NCBI RefSeq assembly: GCF_963514075.1
Contig: NC_083761.1
Span: forward strand, 49,797,777-49,861,776
DNA from: Conger conger
Taxonomy: Eukaryota
Length of the DNA stretch: 64,000 bases
Direction: 5' to 3'
Shown: in pieces, positions 1 to 13,900 of the stretch
Layout: every line of letters starts with the position of its first letter
Numbering within the stretch: position 1 is the stretch's first letter
Position numbers and translations under genes: made by a program
The notes under the pieces: model-generated
Told to the model about the DNA's origin: nothing
Databases searched by the model: none
What the model saw: the letters and a program-made list of their open reading frames with translations, nothing else

Positions 1-240
1 TCTCAGGGCACACACACCATTCACTCACACACTCATACCTATGGGCAATTTAGACTCTCCAATCAGCCTAACATGCATGTCTTTGGACTGTGGGAGGAAA
101 CCGGAGTACCCGGAGGAAACCCACGCAGACACGGGGAGAACATGCAAACTCCGCACAGAGAGGCCCCGGCCGACGGGGATTCGAACCCAGGACCTCCTTG
201 CTGTGAGGCGGCAGTGCTACCCACTGCACCATCCGTGCCG
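1..240 (-). repeat. tRNA-derived SINE (family A), copy truncated by the window start; the tRNA-like head 'ggcggcacggatggtgcagtgggtagcactgccgcctcacagcaaggaggtcctgggttcgaatcc' reads on the minus strand
   Basis: Near-identical (about 95%) to 63036-63295. The reverse complement shows tRNA A/B-box-like motifs, followed by the conserved 'gtttgcatgttctccccgtgtctgcgtgggtttcc' core that is typical of teleost SINEs. Confidence 0.8.
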
Positions 241-329
241 CCAGAATAGACATTCAGAACTATTTATTGTTCAATCAATCAATCTAACAGGATATATCTG
301 GGCAACAAGAAACACCTGTGAGTCACATG

Positions 330-545
330 TTCCAATACTTTTGCTCACCTAAAAATGGGGTGGTCTGATACAAAGGGTGATATGTTGTTCAACAAATCTA
401 GATAAAAATACCAGGAAATAAAAGCTGAAATTTGGATCTGTCATCTCATGTACATCTTTTGACCTCACACTGAATTATCTTCAGTGTATGGCAAAAACAA
501 AGGAATTTACCTTTCTGTTCCAATACTTTTGGAGGGGTCTGTACT
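330..545. mobile_element. Short Tc1/mariner-derived non-autonomous element (MITE); related to the 8950-9538 copy
   Basis: Terminal motifs 'ccaatacttttg...' and '...ccaatacttttggaggggtctgtac' are in inverted orientation. The internal sequence matches 9330-9540. Confidence 0.55.
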
Positions 546-1521
546 TAAATGTCGTCATATGAGAATGATAATGCATGCAACAAGAATCATTTTAAGAAGG
601 GTCTCCTTCCATCCAACGTTCCACTTACTCATCATACTTGTATGTGCTGTTGGATTGCCCTCAAAAGGAGAAGAGTAGTGCTATAAAGTGTGTTAACAGG
701 ACTACATGAGGTAAATTACCCCTGATGCTAAAATTACTATTGATTGGTTTCCCAGGGCAACAACATCAATCCTCAGCACTTTTACAATTTTAAGTTCCAG
801 GCTTGGATGTAGCAGCTGACAGGAGGTAATTTGGCCATTTAGCTCCTTGGTCACAGACTCACATGGGAGTCACAGAGTGCTGTTTTCTTACAACCCAAGC
901 TGCTTCTCTGGCTGCAAAGGCTGTACCCCGCCTGGACCTTTTATTTCTCCTTTCTTTTTGCAGCTGTGGCTTAACCGTCTTCAGCACATGCAAGGGTTTT
1001 ATATTTTTTTTTTGGCCAATTATGGAATAGCTTAACTCTAATTATCACAGTTATTAATGGGACCTCCTATGTGACACAAGATAAAATAAATAATTTACTA
1101 TGTTAACATGAACATATTATTAATTCATATTAATTAATGTTTCATACAATAGTAGTCTGTAATAGCATAATTAACTCCAATAATACCCTGGAGCTCTTTC
1201 CCTCTGCTTTGTACATCACTGCTAACATCAGGCTCAGTACTGCTCAGTGCAGCTAGTCAGTGGTACAGTGTTGTATTAACCTAGCATTCTGCATTTCCCC
1301 TCTGTCAATCACTGTAGCATCTAATCCGTCAATGTTAATAAGACTTTAATCCCTCACCTCTATCCACCTGACATGTACATTGCTACAACACTATTGGTAA
1401 TGCCAATGTCATATTAAATTCCGGAAGGTTAAAGAGGCAGAGACAGCCTGCATTTAGTATTCAGTTGTGTCGCCGTGTATGGTGTACTGAACTTCCTGCT
1501 CCTCCTCCTTCCATCTCGCAG

Positions 1522-1648
1522 GGTGTCAGTCTGCGATGAGGACAAGCTGACCCACAACGAGTTTATAGGGGAGTCACGGGTGGCACTGCGTCGTGTGAAG
1601 CCAGACCAGACCAAACACTACAACATTTGCCTTGAGCACCCACCTCCG
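1522..1648 (+). CDS. doc2a: Double C2 domain protein (Doc2/rabphilin family), coding exon for the end of C2A; translation ...[40 protein letters not shown]. Earlier exons lie upstream of the window.
   Basis: Acceptor 'ctcgcag' at 1519-1521 and donor 'gtaaaag' at 1649. The peptide matches the Doc2 C2A consensus CDEDK..HNEFIGE..NICLE. Confidence 0.75.
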
Positions 1649-1949
1649 GTAAAAGAGAGGGACTGTGCATTGACATTCCTTTGTTCAGCCATAACAATTA
1701 CAAACTGGAAAGGTGTGGCTGTCAAGCAAACACACCATAGCCTTATTGTATGCTTACATTATTACTACCTACACATTCCTCATGCTTGTCATTGTAGGTT
1801 GTAGATAGAGCTCTTCAATGCCTCCAATAAGAATCTTGATCCCAGTACTCTTCGGTTTAGCCTATGGGGATGTCTGCCAAGTAGCGAGATAAATGAACAA
1901 AGGAACTCACTTGCCCCCACTCTCTTGTCCTTCCTTCTCTCTTCCTCAG

Positions 1950-2009
1950 CTGCCCTCCCCCTCCGCTATGAGTGCAGCACTCAGAGGGATCTCTTGCTAC
2001 CTGAAAGAG
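1950..2009 (+). CDS. doc2a: doc2a coding exon (linker); translation LPSPSAMSAALRGISCYLKE
   Basis: Acceptor 'cttcctcag' and donor 'gtaacag'. The peptide matches the Doc2 inter-C2 linker motif MSAALRGISCYLKE. Phase-0 exon of 60 nt. Confidence 0.75.
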
Positions 2010-2320
2010 GTAACAGTCTCATCCCCTTCTCACAAAACCTGCCTGTTTGTCTACGCTTTGGGTCTTTCCCATTCATGTCTGTGTGCCTGCATCTTTACGC
2101 CTCTCTACACACCTGTTCCTGTTTTTATTTTTGGCTCGCTGCCTGTTTGTCTGTGTGTCTTTCTGCATCTGATCTGATCCCATGGGGTCTGTATATGTAT
2201 TTATGTACTAAAAACAAGTCTGAGAAATATCTTCATGCTTAAATTTAAATATTTGGACACAATTAAATTTACTGAAGGTAAGAATGCATCAGATTCCAAT
2301 ATTTTTACAAATTAATTACC

Positions 2321-2335
2321 GGGGGGGGGGGGGGG
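2321..2335. repeat. poly-G homopolymer followed by a GC-rich stretch
   Basis: g15 run seen directly in the sequence. Confidence 0.9.
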
Positions 2336-2675
2336 CGCGGGACGGATACCCAGCACCCGGTGGGGAGAGGGGGTTCATGTAAGCTGTTAGCAAAATAGCG
2401 ATTAGCAAATTCACCATGCATACCGCGTAGTCCATGCAAGACTGATGGACAATTTATTTACAAGCAACAACACTGTAGTGACTTCTAAGAGAATGACAAC
2501 TTTATGGGAAAAGCAACTTGTTGGCCAAAACAATGCGTATGTTACAAATGACAGATTTCCCGACTCGATCACTGGGCTAGGAGTTTGCAATTCATTGCTT
2601 CAGACGAAAACTACACAAAGTTTAACCATACTAGAGGCTAGCTAGCTAGCTAATAATCATGCATCGCTATTGGAG

Positions 2676-2925
2676 GTGACATTGGCTCAGGAGGTGAGAG
2701 CAGTGGTCTGGCAGTCGGAGGGTTGCCAGTTCAATCCTGGGTTTGATCCTGGGTGTGTCGAAGTGTCCGTGAGCAAGACACCTAACCCCCAATTGCTCCT
2801 GACTTGCTGGTTGGTTCCTTGCATGGCAGCCATTTGCCGTTGGTGTGTGAATGGGTGAATGAGAAGTATAAATTGTACAGCGCTTTGGACAAAGACACAA
2901 TACAAATGCAGACTATTTATCATTT
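2676..2925 (+). repeat. tRNA-derived SINE (family B); head 'ggctcaggaggtgagagcagtggtctggcagtcggagggttgccagttcaatcc', tail '...gtgaatgagaagtataaattgtacagcgctttggacaaagac'
   Basis: Three copies share more than 85% identity (2676, 45455, 56258). A/B-box-like motifs are present. Confidence 0.8.
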
Positions 2926-3039
2926 TACAAAAATATTTACTTGTAAACACCTTGAATTTAGCTTTCTTAAAACACTCAAAAGCTACAGGGGCGCTGGGCA
3001 GTCAATATGCTCAAATCTCGGTTAAAGGTACTTCATTAC

Positions 3040-4108
3040 TTCAAAGGTACAATTGGTAAGATTTTTGTGTTAAAAAATTGTTACAAGACCATTGTAAATC
3101 TCTTCATATCATTGAAAAAGGCTCACTGACATGTTGACTCACCCTCTGCCTGTGTTTATAGTCCTTAAATTCGGGTTTCAAAGTGTACATTTGTCGGCCC
3201 GTCAAATGTATCAAAATATTGTCCAGCTGTAAAGCAATTAAAGCTCATTGGTTGAAAAATGGTTCCAACTGCCACAGCCAGTGGCATTGTGGGGGCTGAT
3301 TCTGATTGTTCGTCTCACTGCCTAAATTGCACTCCAGACAAGCAATCACTGAAACTCTGTGTACTATTGCTTATTATCCCAGTGAAGACTACATATCTAG
3401 TTATAAAACAATACCAGTTTGTTATCGGTAGCAACAAGCAAATTAGCTATAGTTAGCTTGAAGAATTTACAAATATCCACTTACGATAAAATATAGGCAA
3501 TATGAACAGTGATTGCACAAGCGTTGTGCTTCAGGTGGATATTTCTACATTCGGGAAGCTAACTAGTAATCGCTCATTTGCTTGTTATAGCGAACTGGTA
3601 TTGTTTTCTAACTAGATAAGCAATAGTATACAGAGTTTCAGTAATCGCTTTTCTGGAGTGCAATTTGGTCAGCTTCACGTTCCTTTTGTCTCTACGTGTT
3701 AAATCATCCGTAAACCTTTATTTCTCTCAAACTGTAAGTTGCAGTTGCATCGTTTGTGGTAGACTATCATATCATATATAGCCAGCTAGTTACCTAGCCA
3801 AATAACTTGCTTGCTCAGAATATAGTTGGTTAGCTAAAGTTAGATAAATAGTGTCACACCAATGTCAAGATCTCATAAAGTCACCTGTTCGGCGAACATT
3901 TTCTTACTAGAGCACTACGAAAAGACGGCAGGCTCTGTTGCGTTTATCACTCTCAGCTTTCCAAAACAGTGCACGAGAACACTGAACTGTATAATAACGC
4001 GTTATATTCATAGACTGTGGGAAGCATAAACAGTGTTGTGGTTTGAGATGTCTGTTGCAATTTCTCTCTTGGCCATTAGGAGTCCAAAATGATCTATTGT
4101 ACCTTTAA
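3040..4108 (+). mobile_element. TIR-MITE family 'X' copy (termini GGTACAAT.../...ATTGTACC), interrupted at about 3295-3945 by a nested foldback element with roughly 140-bp inverted arms (3300-3445 vs 3540-3680)
   Basis: 3055-3295 and 3960-4108 align with the uninterrupted copy at 24640-24965 and with 32150-32600 in reverse orientation. The internal segment carries a long perfect-ish inverted repeat. Confidence 0.55.
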
Positions 4109-6307
4109 CCTAGTGTTTGCTATGTGTGGATCATACAAAAGTTACAATACAACCTTTTTCTTATCCCCATTAAGCAATTTTCAAGATCAAAAAGATTTAC
4201 TGAACACATCAGTTTTATAACTTGAAAATGATCGAATGCTTTTACTTTTATTAACATCGAATATGGATTGCATGGCGACAACTTTTAAGTGTATCTTTTT
4301 TTCATACTTCTGAACAGTATTTAAGTATAAAACGTCACAAAAATTTCTTGTCAATTTCTAAGACAAGTAGTGTGTAGTGTTTCTAAGGCATTTTCCCTTC
4401 GCTGTAGCATCGATGCTGTCTTCTAAAACGAGCCCAACTTCACCGTGAAAACTGGCAAACAGTTAGCTATAGGCTTTATTATTCTGCATCATCACAAAAA
4501 AGTTTCTTAGCAATCATTGCAAATTATCAGAAAAGAAGACAATATTGCTTTCAAAGAGACTATCAAAGATAATGTTACTTTATGAATAGTGTTTGCCATG
4601 TCTAACCTACATTCTCTGCACATGTTTGACATGGTCGGAAGCTAATCAATATTTTTTTTAAGTGAGCAATGACGAATTGATAGTATATAATAGACATCTC
4701 TGTAAATTCTTTGTTTTCTTGCGCATTGTTCACGATTTGTTGTGAAAGTCGAGAAGCAAATGTTGCCTTTAATGTTTCTGTGCTTTGGTGAAGGGCAGGG
4801 CGCCGTGCATCTGGCCTAGTTTCAATGTAGGGGCCAAACATTGCAGGGGACAGATAAGGCTTTCTTAAATATGGGGGGCACATCCTCCGTGTAAATGACG
4901 CCTACGTTAATTGCACAATACTGAATGGCTGTGTGAAGTAGTGGTTGCTAGCAGTATTTTTTTGTACATATATGTTGACATTAAAATTGTCAATTGTTCT
5001 CATCATTCTTGCTGTCATTGTCATCATTGTCTATTTTTCTGATGTTTTACTTGCAGAAACAAAGATCCAGTCAGATTCACAAATAATAAAAAAATGAAGA
5101 CTCTCTCTTAAAGTGCACACAATTGCGCCACCAGAAAATTGTTACACTGTGCATTTTGTGTCAAATATATTTTGTCTACAATAAATTTCATCTATGTTAT
5201 CTACAATATTTCAGTGCCAAAATTACATTTTTATGTGAATGGGAACAATCCCTGTTAACCAATCCACATGCAATAAACATGAAATCTGTCATTCAGTGCA
5301 GTGTCTATTTAAATGCAATGCAATGTGTCAACAAGCATGGAAGCTGTAGCTGCAAAATGAATATTCCATGAACAAGTTAGACATGAAATCAGTAGGTTTT
5401 TCATACAAGGGTATCCCTCGTTGGATTAGCAAGAGTCAGAAATTATTCTTCATTGCAGTGACACGAGTATTGCTTGATGATAAAGATGACACTGAACCAG
5501 ACAGAAGGTCCAGGGGTCAGAAAGTAAAAGTCCAGCCTTGTGTTTCTTCCACACGTGAACTCAGCCAGCTAGATTCCATTAATTAGTTCCACCGTCTGGC
5601 TGAAGAATTGTACAAATTAGCAAATCCAGTCAATTGGAACAACATACGAGGGAGGATTTATACTTCCTGGACATTGATTTTCCACCTTGGCACTGAACCT
5701 GGCCCCTCTAACTTGTTTTCTCCTATAATTTAAGCAGGCTATTTCATTGAGACAAATATTCCAACAACTCCACACACGTTACCTTAATAAAAAATAATTT
5801 ATTCAGAATTGTTCGATTCTATGAATTAGATCCAGGAAATACTGAAGAGGTCCATTTGCGGCTCATTCAACTGATCTTCAGTCATTACTTGCTGCACTAT
5901 CATGTGCCATATTAAGATGAATCCCATCTAAAATGCATTTTCAATGGTGCTACTGATTCAGAACTTGCTTGACCTTCAAAAATAAGTGTGGGCAAAACCA
6001 GGTTTTCAGTTTATGTGTGGCTGGAGACAGCAGCACACATTTTTGAGTTAGAAAAATTATGCTCAGACGGCTGAGACAAGGTGCACGCTCAAATGTAAAT
6101 TAATGCAGCAAAGAACATGAAATTTGGTACTAGAAATATTTGGACATGGTTCTGCAGTTACCGGATTTGCATTAATTCTACTGAATCAGTGTTGAGAGGT
6201 GTAGATAGCATTTTTGCAGCTGTTCCAGAATAAGAATAAAAATATGAACTGTGTTTGGTATTTTGTTCTTAGTGGATCCTTAGTCTGTGAGCTCATACAG
6301 ATCATAA

Positions 6308-6311
<4 letters not shown>

Positions 6312-6345
<34 letters not shown>
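6312..6345. repeat. (GA)n microsatellite
   Basis: Seen directly in the sequence. Confidence 0.95.
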
Positions 6346-6347
<2 letters not shown>

Positions 6348-6822
6348 TAATCAGTATTTGGTCACTGAATGTACAGCATCAATACTAATGAGGCTCTGAT
6401 GTTGGCCACAGAATAAAGAACGGATGGATGGAGTGAGGGCCTGAGGATGCAGAGAAGAAAAGCAGAGCAGGAAGCAGGATTGAAATATTGATTTTGTTGT
6501 ATGGAGTGTTAGCGATTGACTGTAGATAAGGAATGAGAGATAGCGACAGAAAGAAAGCAAAGCAATGAAGAAAACTAGAGTGATAGATAGATGTAATTAT
6601 TGTATACACACACAGACACACAATGAGATTGCCTCTGGACACCCAGGCTGACTCACTGTGTACACACAATTGACACTATGCCTCTCAGTTCTGTTTTAGT
6701 GACAACATTAATTTTCAATAACATACTGCATTACACTACACTTGTCTGTATCAGTAGCAGTGATTTACCAATGTATTTATGCAGTGTTATCATTCATTTT
6801 CATTTCCTTTATTTAAATGTAA

Positions 6823-7125
<303 letters not shown>

Positions 7126-7768
7126 TGAGGAGGGAGTGGGATGCATGAGGGAAATACACAAGTGACAAAAAACCACAGATGACACATCAGAGAGGCATGC
7201 GGAGGGAAGCTTGGTTAGAATGCCTTGTGCGAGAATGACTGACAACCACATGGATATGTGAAGTAAGGGTGTGGAGATTTGGGGTAAGTGTATAGGAAGA
7301 AGGAAATTGAGACAAAGATGGAGATTAATAATGGGAGGAAGGCTGGTAAGGGTATACAGTCACAAAGATGCAGAGGGATTCAAAGGCAATCTGTAATTGA
7401 TTTGGATATAGAGTGTGAGGGGCAGGGACTGAGGAACAGACAAAAGAGCTGGACATTTGTAAGACATAAGTCCAAGCTACATCTCTTTCTGTTTCTCTCT
7501 CGCTTTCCCCCTCTCCCTCCTCAGTTCTCAAAATAAATATCCCTAACAAGCCATTTCCCTCAGGCTCCAAAATGAAAATGGTACACAAACAGACAAATCC
7601 CACACCCCCACAGCACCAAAACACACACATATATCTCTCACTCTCAGCTCTTCTCTGTTTCACGGTACTCTTGATCAAAGTCAAGCCTCTCACTTTGCTG
7701 TTTGTGTGTGCTCAGAATGATATGTGCTTGTGTGTGTGTACTCGCTTCCTCTTCCTGCTGTATAATAA

Positions 7769-7963
<195 letters not shown>

Positions 7964-8020
7964 TAATTAACCACTCTACTGTGTTTTAGTTAAGTGAACT
8001 GTTTTCACAGTTCTATGTAA

Positions 8021-8464
<444 letters not shown>

Positions 8465-8491
8465 TAATAGCCATAAAGAATTGTATGGTAA

Positions 8492-8650
<159 letters not shown>

Positions 8651-8949
8651 CATGGCCAAAGGCACTGTATGACTTTCATAGGCAGGACAGCTGATGAGCA
8701 TGAAACAAAATACATTTTGGACTGGTAGGGCAATCTGTACAGGGATTCATTTTATGTCATCATAGTAGAGTGCAATCTTTGTATTGTGCATCCTACCCCA
8801 TAACCATTCAATCCTATTGCTTATGGGTTTTTCTTTATTCAACTTCTTGCATCTCGCAACTCCCCTCACTATCTAGTCATTTATCTTTCTCTCACATGCA
8901 ATAATATATGATTGAACAATGCTTCCAAAATAATACTAAGTGGTCTTAA

Positions 8950-9538
8950 AATTACATACAGTCCCTTCCAAAAGTATTGGGACAGCAAGGCCCAATTCTT
9001 TTGTTTTTGCTATACACTGAATACATTTGGGGTTGAGATAAAAAATAAATAAATAATGAACACGAGACAAGAGAATTTAATTTCAGTTTTTATTTCCTGG
9101 TATTTGCACCTAGATGTGTTAAAATACTTAGAACGTAGTACCTTTGGTATCAGACCACCCAATTTTTAGCTGAGCAAAAGTATTGGAACAGAGTATTTAA
9201 GTAATGAAAGTAAATAACACCTAATATTTGGTAGCATATCCCTTGCGACTCATTGGAATTACCTTCTGTTGCATTCTTCTTTTGTGATGCTATTCCACAC
9301 TTTGACTTCAGCCTCTTGCATGCTCAATTGGGTTAATTGGGTGGTCTGATACAAAAGGTAATATGTTCTAAGTTGTTTAACAAATCTATTAAAAAAGGAA
9401 GCAGGAAATAAAAGCTGAAATTCAGATCTGTCACCTCATGTATATCATTTGACCCCAAACTGTATAGTGTATAGCAAAAACAAAGGAATTGACCTTGCTG
9501 TTCCAATACTTTTGGAGGGGACTGTATATCATTATTAA
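8950..9538. mobile_element. Non-autonomous Tc1/mariner element with roughly 40-bp terminal inverted repeats
   Basis: Left end 'tacatacagtcccttccaaaagtattgggacagcaaggcc' is the reverse complement of the right end 'gaccttgctgttccaatacttttggaggggactgtatat'. There is no intact transposase ORF. Confidence 0.7.
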
Positions 9539-12500
9539 TACAGATTACCATCAACAGCTGCCCATATTTGGTAATCTGTTTATTAATAATAACAATTATA
9601 AAAAATGTGTTCTTCCATGTTGAGTGTTTCTGTGTGAAATCTTGAAAAATAAATTTGCATGTTAAAATATTATAACTGTTTTTATGTCTCCCGATTCCCT
9701 GCTCCCTGCTGATGTACACATTCTCTTTGGATCAGGTTGTGAGCACACCCCCACAATGTGTTTTGCACATTGTTAGCCGTGTACACACCACTATGTGTTT
9801 TGATAGCCTCTGTATTCCTGTCATGTCAGATAAACTTCTTAGGACTCGTCAAAAGAAAATGAAGTGACATCTGTGACAGTTTATCCAGGCTTGCATACAA
9901 TGGTTTTGAGAAGTCTCCGCTAATTTGTTATTCAATTTTCTAAATAGTCATGACATGTATTATGTTTTATGCACAAGACATTGTGGGAAGTAATTCAAAC
10001 CTATTTTGCCGTGATTACCTCCCCTGTTATCCTCTTCTCTCCGTTTTTCAGTTCTGATTGCTTGCACTATTGTTCCCCGTATTGGTGTAAATATGACATA
10101 TTAATAGATTTCTGATTTATACGTTTCGTTATGTAATATTCTATTATTTCTTAATGCTAGCATTTTTATATAGGTAGCAAAATATTAATCTTCACAGAAT
10201 ATTGTCATTTATTTATTATTTATTCAGGTATTGATTTTCTTATTGATAACAGACATTTTAATGTGAACTGCAGTTCTTATGCTGTGCCTGTACAGAGAGA
10301 GGGGTGCTTTTTTCAGTGTCAGTGGAGTATGTTGTTCTTCAGTGATGTTACTGTATTGTGTCTCTCAATCTGGCTGTGTCACTGCCCCGACTAAACAGCA
10401 TGTCTGATTGTATGAGTGTGAATTTATAATGTTGAATAAGTGTTCCTATTGCTATGGTTTGTTCTGTTCCTGCAGGGGTGCAAGGAAAAGGATCATGTTT
10501 ATATTTATATCAGGTATTTATGTACATTATCAAATACATTTGGAATGCAATAACCTTGCTATAAATTCTGTGTGTGATTACTCTGACCACTATGGCAGCA
10601 ATATAAAACAGGAATGACTTTAAACCATGATCTTCCCCTTTAAACCAAAGGAAACAGGAACATGAATAATAATGATTGGGTAAACAAAAATATCCTGAAT
10701 TTTAAATAATATTATTCTAACTCCATGGCAGGACTACAGACACTATTATTATATCTGGTACAATTATCAACATGAATAGTTGTTATGTAAGAGGAAAGAA
10801 AATGGTAGAACCATGTTGTTCTGAGCCATCAGTTCAATGATGATGATGATCATTATTATTGTTATTATTAGATATAAGTCATTTAGATGTATTTGTCCTG
10901 GGCATATGGCTGATACACATAACAATACAAAAGTACAAAACAATAACAACAAGCTACAGTAGTCATTTATCATAATGCAACCACAGGACTAAAAGTAGCA
11001 CAATCATTAAATATTAAAAACCTGTCACTCCACGTCATCCTCCCTACAATGGACTCCCACAGAGAGACTCCCTTTGTAAATGGGAGTTTGTGAATGAGGG
11101 TCAAAAGGCGTACCCGAGGCAACTCTCTTGGACCATGGACCTTAAATCTAAGATATACAGTGCAGTGCTTAAGCACGTGGACAGCGACACAATTCTTGTT
11201 AGTTTTTTTCCAGCACGTTGGATTTGAACTGATGCAATGAATATGAGGTTATGAGGTTATGTGCATTTCGCCAGCTTAAATTTGAGGGTAATTACATCCA
11301 TATTGGGTCATACATGTATACAAATTACAGCCATTTCCATACACAATTGTCCAAGGATTTATTTTTATATACAATAAAGTACAGATAAAAATACAATAAA
11401 ATACAGTACAGAGAAAAAACAATTTTATTGTCTCAATATTTATATTGACTATTAACTTCAATCTGCAAGAAAATACAAGGGGTGGTGCTTTACTATTCAT
11501 CTGTAAAATAAACTACAACAAACAGCTGTGAACAATGAATAATTATTCATCGGTTTGATATCGGCATAGTTTTAGGCTACGCACACTGACCAGTGGGAAG
11601 TGAGGTTAGTTGTATTGGATGTTTAATGATGATGTGAACATGAACAATATGAAAGCGAAAAAGGGATGGAAATGCAAAATGGTCTCAGTTTGAAAATGAA
11701 TATTTTGGCTATATCCAACCTCATACAATCAGATGTGTTTAGTAAAACAGCAGCTTTACAGGAACCCATCAATGATCTCCAGTCATTATATGCAGTTCTG
11801 ATTATTTCCAATTGTACAGTTAACAGAAAGTGAATCAGTACAGGTGCCATTTCTTTACATAATATGGTACAGAAGCTACAGCACTGCAGGTTAAAAAGAT
11901 GACATAACCAAGCATAAAGTAACCAAAATTCTCCATTATCCGTAACCCTGATACTATTCAGATTCCTTTCAAAATGTCCAGGTAGATTGAAAACCACTGA
12001 CTTTGCAATGACTATCCTGTAAGCAGAAAAGTATTGTATTATGAATTGTGATTCATTAAATGATCCTGTAATAGCCTTGTCTCAATCTCACAACACACTC
12101 ATGCACATACAGGTGCAAAATCAATACATGTTCCCTACCCAGGTTAAGTGTATAGGCTCCAATGACCCATAGAAAGACCCGGCATGCTAGGTGAAACTCA
12201 CAGCTCTAATATAAACCGATGTCTGGTAGTGTTTAAGCAGACGGGTGAATTCACACGGTACAGTGATAAGCTTATCCAGAATCCTTATGAGGAAAAGGGT
12301 GTACAGGGTGAACAAACAGCAGCATAGGATTGAAGAATTTAATTACAGGCTTTCCCCTTCACAGACACATAATTATTTGCAATGTCCTGCATCTCAGTAT
12401 TAATCAGATTGGCATTCACTTCAAGTTTAATTAGATAAGCTTGCATAGTGTGGAGAACACCATCAATGTGAGCCTCCTGCAATGGTTCAGTGGGCAAAGG

Positions 12501-12894
12501 TTGAATCCATAGAGACTAGTTAAATGTGTGCTCCTCCAAAGGGTGTACAAGGGGAGGAGCAAATGTTTCCCACTATGTAATATCAATTGTAGGTCTGCCT
12601 GAAATTGAGCTGATATTTTGGAAGCAATAGAAATGTAGGAGATACATTTCCCTCAAAAATTATTGGTACAAATGAACAATAAAGGCTGTATAAAGTCAAT
12701 ATACTGCATGTCAATACTGAGCTGTACTTATGGTTTTCTGACCATTTTGGATGGCCAATTACATTTGGAATGTCATATAAAGCTATGCTCATGCTGAAGC
12801 AGGAGTGTGTAGACAAGCAGACATAAGCTGAAGGAATGGCCAGATTTAGCAAGCAGACTATGGACGACCAATCAACCATCGGGGGTTGCTTGAG

Positions 12895-13075
12895 GGAAGA
12901 CATGCAGATCGTGGCTGAGTGAACTCTCCTTATCCCTGGGTAACGCTACCACTGATTAGGCATCACCCTGTGGGACTACAGAGCAATATGGCATGGTCAG
13001 GATTCAACCCTGAACCACGAGGGTCATCCATGTACTGAAACTGCTTCCACAGGATGAGCCACCCAGCAATTTAAC
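12895..13075 (-). repeat. tRNA-derived SINE fragment
   Basis: The reverse complement contains a B-box-like 'gtggttcagggttgaatcctgacc'. Confidence 0.4.
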
Positions 13076-13539
13076 AATTATTCAATCAACCAAATTACAC
13101 TTTACATTATACATTTGTTTCCAAAAGTAAGTGTTGCAAATATTCATACCACTGTTTGCAGCTGTTTAGTGCACCTCCCTTCACAAGGACAAATAGTACA
13201 GAGTCATCTGCTATGCTTTTTTATGAGATTTGTGAAGAGATTTAGCAGGTGAAACTTTTCTCGTTTGCTGGTAGCTATAGATATTTCATCCTCCAGAGGC
13301 TGCGTTAAACTCTTTCCAGCATTCTATCTGTGGATTGTCATTTTTTCCTTTTTGGTAATTGCCCACAACACAATAGCTAGCTATAGCTAGTGGGAGTGTT
13401 GTTACTACTCACTTGATAGTGCTGCTTTCAGCATGTTCCATTGCATATAGCACAATACTTCCTCTAATTAAACACTATAAATTCATGTGTGACTGGTGCT
13501 GCTCACTGAATTGAAATTGATTATCTAAATGTATATTAA

Positions 13540-13900
13540 AAAGTATGAAGCTAAATATTCAAATACATGTATAAAATGTAGCTAAATGCTTGAAACAATT
13601 AAATATTTAGCTAAATGTATTAAACATTGAATAAAATACCTCTCAAAATGTATAAAACATTTAGCTAAATGTTTCACACATCTAGCTAAACATTTAAAGT
13701 TACTAAAGTGTATTTGTAAAGCCTATTAATTTATAAATTTGTGAATTACAAATGTATTAAACATATAGCTAAATGTAAAAAATATATAAAATATGTTTGA
13801 TACATTTAGATAAATATTTAGCTAAAGGTTTTATACATTTAGCTAAATGTTTTATACATTGAGTTAAATATTTAGCTAAGTGTTTTATACATTTATCTAA
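13540..13900. repeat. AT-rich minisatellite; degenerate unit of about 22-30 bp built on 'tttagctaaatgttttatacat'
   Basis: More than 10 imperfect tandem units are visible. They are not separated by unique spacers. Confidence 0.8.

Noticed and set aside
41-352. ORFs of 60-110 aa overlapping 1-350 and 63000-63377 on both strands
   Set aside because: They lie entirely within tRNA-derived SINE copies. They recur only because the SINE recurs, and they have no coding features.
13540-13900. Regularly spaced short repeats that superficially resemble a CRISPR array
   Set aside because: This is eukaryotic DNA. The units are degenerate, AT-rich and directly abutting, without unique spacers. It is a minisatellite.
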